A DNA stretch of 32,000 bases from Pirellula staleyi DSM 6068. GTDB lineage: Bacteria > Planctomycetota > Planctomycetia > Pirellulales > Pirellulaceae. Positions 18,906-29,899 of the stretch are shown piece by piece. Both the position numbers and the translations under genes were made by a program. Numbering within the stretch: position 1 is the first letter of the stretch; the number at the start of each line of letters is the position of its first letter. Under the pieces are notes generated by a model. It was given only the letters and a program-made list of their open reading frames with translations, had not been told where the DNA came from and made no database searches. The stretch lies in contig CP001848.1 of the NCBI GenBank assembly GCA_000025185.1, positions 4,950,001-4,982,000 of the forward strand, written 5' to 3'.

Positions 18906-18970
18906 TGTCGTATCGACCGACCGGCGACATCATCCCACCTCACGATTTTCCCCACAGATCACCACGATTT

Positions 18971-20236
18971 ATGAAACACTTTTTTGCACTCTTTTGGATT
19001 GTGGCCACCCTCGCTCCCGCGCTAGCGACGGCAGAAGATTGGCCCGCCTTTCGGGGTCCCCAAGGCAATGGCATTTCCACCGAAAGCAGTTTGCCACCAC
19101 GCTGGGATGAAACCACCGGCGTCGTGTGGCGTAAGGAACTGGCGGGCAAAGGATGGTCGAGCCCCAGTCTCGCCGCTGGCAAGATTTATCTGACCTCCGC
19201 CGTCCCTGTCGACCCCGAAGCGGAAGAGGGAAAAACCAACCTATCGCTCCGCGCGCTCTGTCTCGACGCCTCCAAGGGAGATCTGCTGTGGGACGTCGAA
19301 CTCTTCCTCCAAGATGCGGCGGATGCTCCCAAAATCCATAGCAAAAACAGCCACGCGAGTCCCACGCCATGGGTCGATGGCGAGCGTGTTTTTGTCCATT
19401 TCGGCCATATGGGTACCGCCTGCCTCACCACCGCAGGCAAAGTGCTCTGGAAGACCCAGGAACTGTCGTATCAGCCGGTGCATGGGAACGGCTGTTCCCC
19501 GATCCTGGTCGGGGACGTGCTGGTGTTCAGCTGCGATGGTGGCAAGGATCCCTTTGTCGCCGCGCTCGACGCTAATACCGGCAACCTCCGCTGGAAGTAC
19601 CTGCGTCCCGGCGATCCACCCCCGAAAACCTTCGCTTTTTGCACCCCCACTGCGATCACCGTGAATGGCAAAGTCCAAATCGTCTCGCCCGGTGCCGGAT
19701 CGGTTTCTGCCCTCGATCCCGCCGATGGAAGTGAGATTTGGCGTGTCGCGCATCCCGGCTATAGCGTCATTCCCAAGCCACTTTTTGCCCATGGGCTGGT
19801 CTATATCAGCACGAGCTACGACGCCGCCCAAATCATGGCCATCCGCCCCGACGGGACGGGAGATGTGACCGAAACGCATGTTGCCTGGACCGCCAAACGT
19901 GGCGCTCCTCACACCCCTTCGCTGCTGGTGATTGGCGACGAGTTGTATGCCCTTGCCGATCGCGGATTGCTCACCTGCCTCGATGCCCGAACTGGCGACC
20001 AGCACTATCAGGAGCGGATCGGGGGAAATTATTCGTCGAGCCCTGTCTTCGGCGATGGCCGCATCTACATCCAAAGCGAAGAGGGGACCGGCATCACCGT
20101 GAAGCCAGGCAAGGAGTTCGTTAAACTCGATGACCTTGGCTTCAAGGAACGGACCTTGTCATCGTATGCCGTCGGAAGTGGTGCCATCTTCGTCCGCACG
20201 GAGAAGGCCCTCTATCGCCTGGAAGCCGGCAAATAG
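18971..20236 (+). CDS. Secreted PQQ-like (BamB-type) beta-propeller repeat protein.
   Basis: ATG 18971 gives the signal peptide MKHFFALFWIVATLAPALATA. It is followed by the hallmark EDWPAFRGPQGNGIS and repeated W/G-rich blade motifs (GKIYLTSA, LLWD, GNLRWKY, GSEIWRV, GLVYIST, GRIYIQS). Confidence 0.85.
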   Translation: MKHFFALFWIVATLAPALATAEDWPAFRGPQGNGISTESSLPPRWDETTGVVWRKELAGKGWSSPSLAAGKIYLTSAVPVDPEAEEGKTNLSLRALCLDASKGDLLWDVELFLQDAADAPKIHSKNSHASPTPWVDGERVFVHFGHMGTACLTTAGKVLWKTQELSYQPVHGNGCSPILVGDVLVFSCDGGKDPFVAALDANTGNLRWKYLRPGDPPPKTFAFCTPTAITVNGKVQIVSPGAGSVSALDPADGSEIWRVAHPGYSVIPKPLFAHGLVYISTSYDAAQIMAIRPDGTGDVTETHVAWTAKRGAPHTPSLLVIGDELYALADRGLLTCLDARTGDQHYQERIGGNYSSSPVFGDGRIYIQSEEGTGITVKPGKEFVKLDDLGFKERTLSSYAVGSGAIFVRTEKALYRLEAGK

Positions 20237-20277
20237 TCCACGGATTTTGAGTTCTCGAGGAGAAAAGAGAGACCAGG

Positions 20278-20703
20278 ATGGCTGAAAAAAACTTTAAGCT
20301 TCGCGCCGACCAAATCGAAACGCTCATCGAAGACATGGGACGCTGCTTTGTCAGCGACATGGTCACCGTCGAGGGGATGAAGGTCGGCTACTTGTATCGC
20401 GAAGAAGCCGACTTTGAAGACGATAGCGGCTGGCGTTTTCTCTCGGGAACCGAGTCCGACGAGTACATGAACGACCCAGACCACTTCTCGATCATCCCCG
20501 TGAATGCCGTTTGCAACTACGACACCGACATCATCGATTTGCTTGATGCCGAGGAGGGCTCCGAATTTCAGCGCGACCCTGAAACCAATGAATTCGTCGA
20601 ACTCGTTGACGATCTCGATGGCGAAGACCTCGACGACGACGAGGACTTCGAAGAGGAAGATTTTGACGACGAGCAGTCCGAGGAAGACGACGAGGACGAG
20701 TAA
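20278..20703 (+). CDS. DUF2185/Imm33-like small protein with a poly-acidic C-terminal tail.
   Basis: 141 aa with ATG 20278. The core GMKVGYLYREEADFEDDSGWRFLSGTESDEYMNDPDHFSIIPVNAVCNYDTDII matches my recollection of the DUF2185 (Imm33) signature (YRE...DSGW.F..G.E..EY). Residues about 108-141 (nt 20599..20700) are almost entirely D/E. Confidence 0.7.
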   Translation: MAEKNFKLRADQIETLIEDMGRCFVSDMVTVEGMKVGYLYREEADFEDDSGWRFLSGTESDEYMNDPDHFSIIPVNAVCNYDTDIIDLLDAEEGSEFQRDPETNEFVELVDDLDGEDLDDDEDFEEEDFDDEQSEEDDEDE

Positions 20704-20730
20704 TACTCGCCTTGGCAGCGATGCGTTGAA

Positions 20731-21225
20731 CTATCGAATCGGCAAATAGCAGTGGGGGCAACAGGTCACCCCGCTGCGGATGCGCATTCTTCGTGGTTTG
20801 AAGTTATCGGTGCCACAACTCCAAAGGCTTTGGGCACATCGTGGACAGACGACTTGCGGTCGACAATAGAAGATGGTCATCAGCCACGACACGATCAGCC
20901 CACTACCGAAAAACGCCACGATAAATACCAACAAGAACCAGCCATCATGCTGTTTTTTATCCAAAACGGGAATAATTTCCGTCAAGAAGAAATGGACAAA
21001 CGCTAAGTGAAATAAGGTGGCGACGCAGCTAAGCATACTGACGAGCGCCCGCACCTGAGCTGCCCGAGCAAGTTGCCAGTAGAGATCGGTAGCACGGATG
21101 TACTCGGTATCACCGAACTCTTGAGGAGCATTCGGTTGCTCAGTAGTCATCGATTCTTCGCTCTCCATCGTGGGGCGAGAAGCCAGTGGACAGGAGGTTT
21201 GAACCTCGCCATCGAGGCACAGCAT
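20731..21225 (-). CDS. Hypothetical membrane protein with a C-terminal CxxC...CxxC zinc-ribbon.
   Basis: 164-aa ORF with two hydrophobic helices (VSMLSCVATLFHLAFVHFFL; WFLLVFIVAFFGSGLIVSWLMTIF), then CPRC...(17 aa)...CPHC. GC is lower than in the flanks. The start is ambiguous: ATGs at 21225, 21168 and 21150. Confidence 0.6.
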   Translation of the reverse strand: MLCLDGEVQTSCPLASRPTMESEESMTTEQPNAPQEFGDTEYIRATDLYWQLARAAQVRALVSMLSCVATLFHLAFVHFFLTEIIPVLDKKQHDGWFLLVFIVAFFGSGLIVSWLMTIFYCRPQVVCPRCAQSLWSCGTDNFKPRRMRIRSGVTCCPHCYLPIR

Positions 21226-21303
21226 CGCACAAAGAGTAGTTGGTGGCTTTCATCAAGTTAACACCACTCGCTATTTCACGAAGTCCACAAACATTCTCTT
21301 TGT

Positions 21304-21332
21304 GTGACATAGCATTTTAACACCCCTATAAT
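21304..21332 (+). promoter_or_regulatory. Candidate sigma70-type promoter (GTGACA-17 nt-TATAAT) for the 21384 gene.
   Basis: gtgaca at 21304..21309, an exact 17-nt spacer, and a perfect tataat at 21327..21332. It sits in a 42-45% GC intergenic region (my count of two 60-nt lines), about 50 nt upstream of the GTG start. Confidence 0.4.
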
Positions 21333-21383
21333 CTTGCAGCTCTGCGCCGCTATTCATCTGAACGCAAACAAGGGGAAAATGTT

Positions 21384-22244
21384 GTGCCAATCCGCAACTC
21401 AATATCGGCTGTACTGACACTTGTCTTGCTGGCGACAACGCAAGTTGCACTGGCTAATAACAACCTCTTTTTGCCTGGCGATGCCTATTTTCCTGCAATC
21501 ATGACCCAAGAGGACGTCGAGCGTGTTCTCGCTGAGAAAGTGGGCGAGCGACGTTTTGAATACTCATCGTTCCGTGGATATGACGGGGCATTTTGTGGAT
21601 TTGCCGGCTACGGTGTGGGAATCCTCCAAGGGGTCGACGACCCTTTTGCGAAAAACCTTGCTTCAGTTTATCAGCACATTCGAACCTATCAATTTCGTGA
21701 ACTGCGTGAAATCAAGCATCAAGGCAAACTGCTACGCGAAGAGACCAACGGGATGCAAGTTTTGTTTTATCCCACCGACTTTGATTTTAAAAAACAGCAG
21801 CTGGGACTTCGCTACAACGAAAACTGGGTCGATGCTGTCTTGAAATTCGGACACGATCGAAGTTACTTGCGTTATTGCTCGCTGGTGAACGATCCCGAGG
21901 CTGTTGCTGGGTCATGGCGTGATGGCGCAATGGTTCCTGGTCTGAAATTTGTTCCCGGCAAAGTTGATCGCCCAGCCGAGCCCGCCGAGTCTGAAAAAAT
22001 GCAGGGGACATCCAATCCTCTTTTACCAGCGATCATTCAGGGAAAAGTAAGGGCCTATGTACTTCCCTCCGGTGTGACCTTGACCGACCTCTTCCAAAAC
22101 AAAATCGAACCGTATACGAGCATGTATGAAGTGACGTCGGAAGGCGTTGTTCGTTATGAATACCGCGGCGATCCCAATGTCGGTACGGCACGATGGGAAG
22201 ATGCGAGCAAACCCAACCGCGATCAGGACTTCCAGGACGAGTGA
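21384..22244 (+). CDS. Hypothetical secreted protein (ORFan to my eye).
   Basis: GTG start at 21384 with aagggga 8-14 nt upstream. Signal peptide: ISAVLTLVLLATTQVALANN. The 286-aa ORF has protein-like composition, an acidic C-terminus, and low GC relative to its neighbours. Confidence 0.7.
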   Translation: MPIRNSISAVLTLVLLATTQVALANNNLFLPGDAYFPAIMTQEDVERVLAEKVGERRFEYSSFRGYDGAFCGFAGYGVGILQGVDDPFAKNLASVYQHIRTYQFRELREIKHQGKLLREETNGMQVLFYPTDFDFKKQQLGLRYNENWVDAVLKFGHDRSYLRYCSLVNDPEAVAGSWRDGAMVPGLKFVPGKVDRPAEPAESEKMQGTSNPLLPAIIQGKVRAYVLPSGVTLTDLFQNKIEPYTSMYEVTSEGVVRYEYRGDPNVGTARWEDASKPNRDQDFQDE

Positions 22245-22439
22245 AGTTGATTGTCTATTACCCGGCGATCCAGGCTGCTAGCAGCTCTGTTCGAGCAGTG
22301 CATGCTCATCTGGCTCAAATTCTTTGCAGCCGGTAGGATGCGTCTTTTCCAAGAGTGGGCAGGGAGGCGGACTTGCTAGCGTGGCGAGGAGCAGTTCCCA
22401 AGGCAATCTTGCGATCAGGCTTCGGATTTGCGTTCTGCT

Positions 22440-25247
22440 ATGAAAACTGACGAACTTCGCGAAAAGTATCTGGCTTTCTTTCAGACCAAGGGACATACCC
22501 GCAAGGCGAGCGATGTGCTTGTGCCACGCTGGGACCCGAGCGTGCTGTTCACCCCGGCCGGGATGAACCCGTTCAAGGATCACTTCCTGGGGAAGGTGAA
22601 ACTCGAATTCACCCGCGCGACGACGTCGCAAAAATGCCTCCGAACGGGGGATATCGATAACGTCGGACGGACGGCGTTCCATCACACGTTTTTCGAGATG
22701 CTGGGTAACTTCAGCTTCGGCGATTACTTCAAAAAAGAAGCGATCCACTGGGCCTGGGAATTCTTGACCGATAAGAAATGGCTTGGCATTCCAGGCGATC
22801 TGCTGACCGTGACGGTCTACCTCGACGACGACGAAGCTGCCGACATCTGGCACAACGAAATTGGCCTCCCCACCTCGCGCATCGAGCGGATGGGGGAAGA
22901 CGACAACTTCTGGCCTGCCAGCTCGCCGAGCAAAGGTCCCGACGGCGTTTGCGGACCTTGCAGCGAAATCTATTACAAATTGCCGAGCGGCAAGACGGTC
23001 GAAATTTGGAACCTCGTCTTCACCCAGTTCAACCGGGTCGGCAATCCGCCGAACAACCTGCGGCCGCTGCCGAGCAAGAACATCGACACCGGCATGGGTC
23101 TCGAGCGTATTGCTTCGGTGATGCAAGGTGTCGATACGAACTATCACATCGATATTTTGCGTCCGATCGTCGAAGCTGCTGCCGAAGTTTGCTCGCAAAA
23201 ATACGACCCAGCCAGCGACAACGGTCGCCGTTTGCGTCGCATCGCCGATCACGTGCGCGCTTGCACCTTTGCGATTCACGAGAACGTGCTGCCGGGGCCG
23301 AACCGCGAGAAGTACGTGATTCGTCGCCTGCTTCGCCGCGCGGTGCTCGATGGTCACCAAATGGGACTGCGCGATCCGTTTTTGTATCAGCTGGTGCCAA
23401 TCGTCGCCGAAATGATGAAATCGCCGTACCCAGAACTCGGCGAGACGATCGAGCGCGTGCAAAAGGGGATCAAAGCGGAAGAATCGGCGTTCTTCGGAAC
23501 GATCGATGCTGGCCTCGCGCGGATCAGCGGGATGTTCGACTCGATGAAGTCGGAGGGTCGCGTGATGGTCGCTGGTGGCGAAGCTGCCGACCTCTATCAA
23601 ACCAACGGCGTTCCGCCGGAACTCGTCGAGAACATGGCCGCCGAGTTGAACTTTACGTTCGACTGGGACGGCTTCCGCACCGCGATGGAAGAGCATGGCG
23701 AGCGCTCGGGCAAAATTGCCGACGTCGTGTTCAAAACCGGTCCGATCGAAGCACTCAAGCGGGCTCTCAAGGAAACCCAGTTCGTGGGTTACGAGACGAC
23801 CGAAACCACCGCTGAGATCAAGGGTGTGGTCGCTGCCGAACACCTTGTCGACACGCTCGAAGAAGTGGGGCACGAATCGCCGGTAATCGTCGTGCTCGAT
23901 AAGAGCCCGTTCTATGGCGAGAGTGGTGGTCAGGTGGGAGATACGGGCGAAATCGTCGGTCCTGGCTTCAAATTCCAGGTCATCGATACGCAGAAAGACG
24001 CCGATCTGCTGCTGCACTACGGTCACCTCATTGAAGGCAAAATGAATGCCGGTGCCAAGGTAACGGCGAAGGTCGACACGGTTCGTCGCAACGGAATTCG
24101 CCGGGCCCACTCAGCCACGCATATCTTGCAGTACGCGCTGCAGCAGACGCTCGGAAAAGAGACCCATCAGATGGGTTCGAAGGTCGAAGAAGATCAGCTT
24201 CGATTCGACTTCGGGAACCCTTCGCCAGTCGATGCGGAACAGCTGCTGGTGATCGAAAAAGAAGTGCACGCTCGAGTTGCCGCTGCTGATCCCGTGGCCT
24301 GGAAGTTCGTACCACTCACCGAAGCCCGCACCGCTGGCGCGATGATGCTGTTCGGCGAAAAGTATCCCGATCCAGCGCGCATGGTGAGCATGGGTTCGTT
24401 TAGCAAGGAACTCTGCGCCGGCACGCATCTCGACAACACGCGCGACGTGCTCGCGTTCGAGATTATCGCCGAAGAAGGGGTCGCAGCTGGCACACGCCGC
24501 ATCGTGGCTCTGACGGGCGAAAAAGCGAAATCGTTCTCCGAAAAAACCTCAACCGCTCTTAACGAGCTCGCCAATTTGCTGGGTGTCGAACTGCTCGCCG
24601 TACCGCAAGCGGTTCGCACACTGGCTCAGCAAGTGCGCGATCTGAAGAAGCAACTCGCCTCGGGTGGCAAGGGTTCGACAACCGAAACGTCGCCGCCACG
24701 CGGTACGGTTTCGATGGCGCCCCCCTCGGCTGCTCAGATCAAAGCAGCCCTCAAGGAAACCGCTCGCACGCTGAACGTCGGTCCGTTCGATGCCCCAGCG
24801 CGAGCCGCTGCGATGCTCGAAGAAGTCACGACCCTCACGAAGCAAATTGCCGAGCGAGCCACCACCAGCACGCTGTCGGCCGATTCGCTCATCGAGAGCG
24901 CGACACTGATCGGCGATGTGAAGGTGATCGTCAGCGATGCTCCGGGCAGCAACGCCAACATCCTGCGTCAGCTGATCGATCAGATTCGTAAGAAGACTTC
25001 CCCCGTCGCCATCTTGTTTGCAGCTGCTGAAGCAGACGACAAGGTTGTGGTCGTCGCAGGGGTGAGCAAGGAACTGGTCGACAAGGGTGTGAGTGCCGGC
25101 AATTGGGTGAAAGAAGTTTCGCCCGTCGTGGGGGGCGGTGGCGGCGGACGTCCCGACCTGGCCCAAGCTGGTGGCAAGATTCCTGCGATGATTCCCGATG
25201 CTTTGAAGAAGGCTCTGGAAGTGATCGCCACACAGCTCGCGAAGTAA
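22440..25247 (+). CDS. alaS: Alanine--tRNA ligase.
   Basis: ATG 22440 gives MKTDELREKYLAFFQTKGHT... Class-II AlaRS motifs: FTPAGMNPFKDHFLG, FEMLGNFSFGDYFK, GPCSEIYY and DTGMGLERI. The editing-domain H..H/C..H context is present (HSATHILQYAL; CAGTHL), as is the C-terminal DHHA1-like GGGGGGRPDLAQAGG. The track start 22428 is an upstream TTG. Confidence 0.97.
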   Translation: MKTDELREKYLAFFQTKGHTRKASDVLVPRWDPSVLFTPAGMNPFKDHFLGKVKLEFTRATTSQKCLRTGDIDNVGRTAFHHTFFEMLGNFSFGDYFKKEAIHWAWEFLTDKKWLGIPGDLLTVTVYLDDDEAADIWHNEIGLPTSRIERMGEDDNFWPASSPSKGPDGVCGPCSEIYYKLPSGKTVEIWNLVFTQFNRVGNPPNNLRPLPSKNIDTGMGLERIASVMQGVDTNYHIDILRPIVEAAAEVCSQKYDPASDNGRRLRRIADHVRACTFAIHENVLPGPNREKYVIRRLLRRAVLDGHQMGLRDPFLYQLVPIVAEMMKSPYPELGETIERVQKGIKAEESAFFGTIDAGLARISGMFDSMKSEGRVMVAGGEAADLYQTNGVPPELVENMAAELNFTFDWDGFRTAMEEHGERSGKIADVVFKTGPIEALKRALKETQFVGYETTETTAEIKGVVAAEHLVDTLEEVGHESPVIVVLDKSPFYGESGGQVGDTGEIVGPGFKFQVIDTQKDADLLLHYGHLIEGKMNAGAKVTAKVDTVRRNGIRRAHSATHILQYALQQTLGKETHQMGSKVEEDQLRFDFGNPSPVDAEQLLVIEKEVHARVAAADPVAWKFVPLTEARTAGAMMLFGEKYPDPARMVSMGSFSKELCAGTHLDNTRDVLAFEIIAEEGVAAGTRRIVALTGEKAKSFSEKTSTALNELANLLGVELLAVPQAVRTLAQQVRDLKKQLASGGKGSTTETSPPRGTVSMAPPSAAQIKAALKETARTLNVGPFDAPARAAAMLEEVTTLTKQIAERATTSTLSADSLIESATLIGDVKVIVSDAPGSNANILRQLIDQIRKKTSPVAILFAAAEADDKVVVVAGVSKELVDKGVSAGNWVKEVSPVVGGGGGGRPDLAQAGGKIPAMIPDALKKALEVIATQLAK

Positions 25248-25281
25248 TACTCGCAAGCTCCCAACTCCTATCGTATTTTGA

Positions 25282-25317
25282 GGCCGGGCAAGCTCCGATC
25301 GCTTGCTCGGCCTTTTT
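25282..25317 (+). terminator. Rho-independent terminator after alaS.
   Basis: 12-bp stem ggccgggcaagc (25282..25293) / gcttgctcggcc (25301..25312) with one G-U pair and a 7-nt loop, followed by TTTTT (25313..25317). Confidence 0.7.
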
Positions 25318-25363
25318 GTTTCGACGATCCTCTTGATTCCTCTTCCACCTCTCAGCGGAACGC

Positions 25364-25924
25364 ATGTCGATGAGCTATCTCCCCAAGCAACTTCCGGCGG
25401 AAGTGCTCCTGCTGTGCGAGCGCATCAGTGCGCCGGCTCTGCTCGTAGCTCATTTGCGACTTGTTCACGATGCCGCTTTGTCAATCACAGCACGGCTCCG
25501 CGAGCACTACCCAGCGCTTCATTTTTCGACGGAGGAAGTGCTGCTGGGAGCAGCGACGCACGATCTAGGAAAAGTGCTGCACCCGGAAGAAATGACAGGC
25601 CCCGGCGATCGCCACGAAGAATCGGGACCTGAGTTTTTGATTCAGCAGCGACTGCCACCACATCTGGCAAGATTTGCTCGGACTCATGCCCGATGGACTG
25701 ACGAGGGGCTGCTACTCGAGGATTTACTCGTGGCGCTCGCCGACCATGTCTGGAAGGGAAAGCGCGACGAGCATCTCGAATCGCTCGTTATTGCGAAGAT
25801 TGCCGAGAAGACCAGCCTCGAACCTTGGGAAGTCTTCGCCACGGTCGACGAAATTCTCGATGAGGTTGCGAGCCTCGCCGGAGCAAGGCTCGTTTATCAG
25901 AAGCAGATCCAGGACAGTATGTAG
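25364..25924 (+). CDS. HD-domain phosphohydrolase-like protein.
   Basis: 186 aa with ATG 25364. H...HD signature: VAHLRLVH ... GAATHDLGKVLHPEEM, with later His/Asp residues (GDRHEE, LADHVW). Confidence 0.8.
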   Translation: MSMSYLPKQLPAEVLLLCERISAPALLVAHLRLVHDAALSITARLREHYPALHFSTEEVLLGAATHDLGKVLHPEEMTGPGDRHEESGPEFLIQQRLPPHLARFARTHARWTDEGLLLEDLLVALADHVWKGKRDEHLESLVIAKIAEKTSLEPWEVFATVDEILDEVASLAGARLVYQKQIQDSM

Positions 25925-25974
25925 AGCAGCAGTTGCTGATCAAGGCGCGGCAGACAGGAGCCTGCCTTGCAGTA

Positions 25975-29340
<3,366 letters not shown>

Positions 29341-29899
29341 TCAATCTCCATCCATCAAGCGATCACAGGCCGTCGGTCGCTGGCACGAGAACTATCGCGC
29401 ATCGGCAACTTCGGCAGCAAACCATTTCGAAAAGCAGCAAGTCCGGACAACTCCGCCGCAGGTGACACTTCGCCGCAGCCCGCTGAGGTCGAGCGATGAG
29501 TCTCACTCCGAGCAAACTCCACAGATATAACATCGGCCAGCGCGGGGCCGCCCCCGCATCGAAGTTGGCTTTAGCGGTTGGCAATTGGCCATTCAAACGC
29601 TAGTGAAATCAAGACTTAGCAATTGTAGAAAGCAAGGCAAACACCCGCCCGAACAACATCGATAGCAAGGCGTGCTAGCTGAGCGAATGACCGCAAACTG
29701 TCCGGAAACTTTGCGCAAAGCCCCCAGCAATCCACAGATCAAAATTCTATCGACTTCCCTGAGCACCCGAAAGCGGTCGGAAGATGCTCGGTGGCACTAC
29801 TTTCAGGGAAGCGTGGGCGACTTCGCACGGAGAAAATTGATCGATCTCAGCTGGGTCACAAAATTCGGCCAAGCAAGCGTGCGTGAGAAACTGTAAGGA

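Noticed and set aside
22278-24110. 610-aa ORF on the minus strand, the largest non-annotated ORF in the track.
   Set aside because: It is entirely antisense to alaS, whose identity is unambiguous. Its translation is Arg/His/Val/Phe-skewed with no recognisable motifs. This is a typical stop-codon-poor shadow frame of a GC-rich gene.
29363-29596. 77-aa minus-strand ORF just upstream of the FAAL-ACP-AONS gene, a possible leader peptide.
   Set aside because: Cys/Arg/Leu-rich, unprotein-like sequence with no RBS-like element seen. It is kept only as part of the spacer finding.
29672-29896. 74-aa plus-strand ORF (GTG start) convergent on the methyltransferase stop.
   Set aside because: No recognisable family. 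It leaves only 3 nt before the opposing gene's stop, and there is no supporting signal. It is not excluded, but there is too little evidence to call it a CDS.
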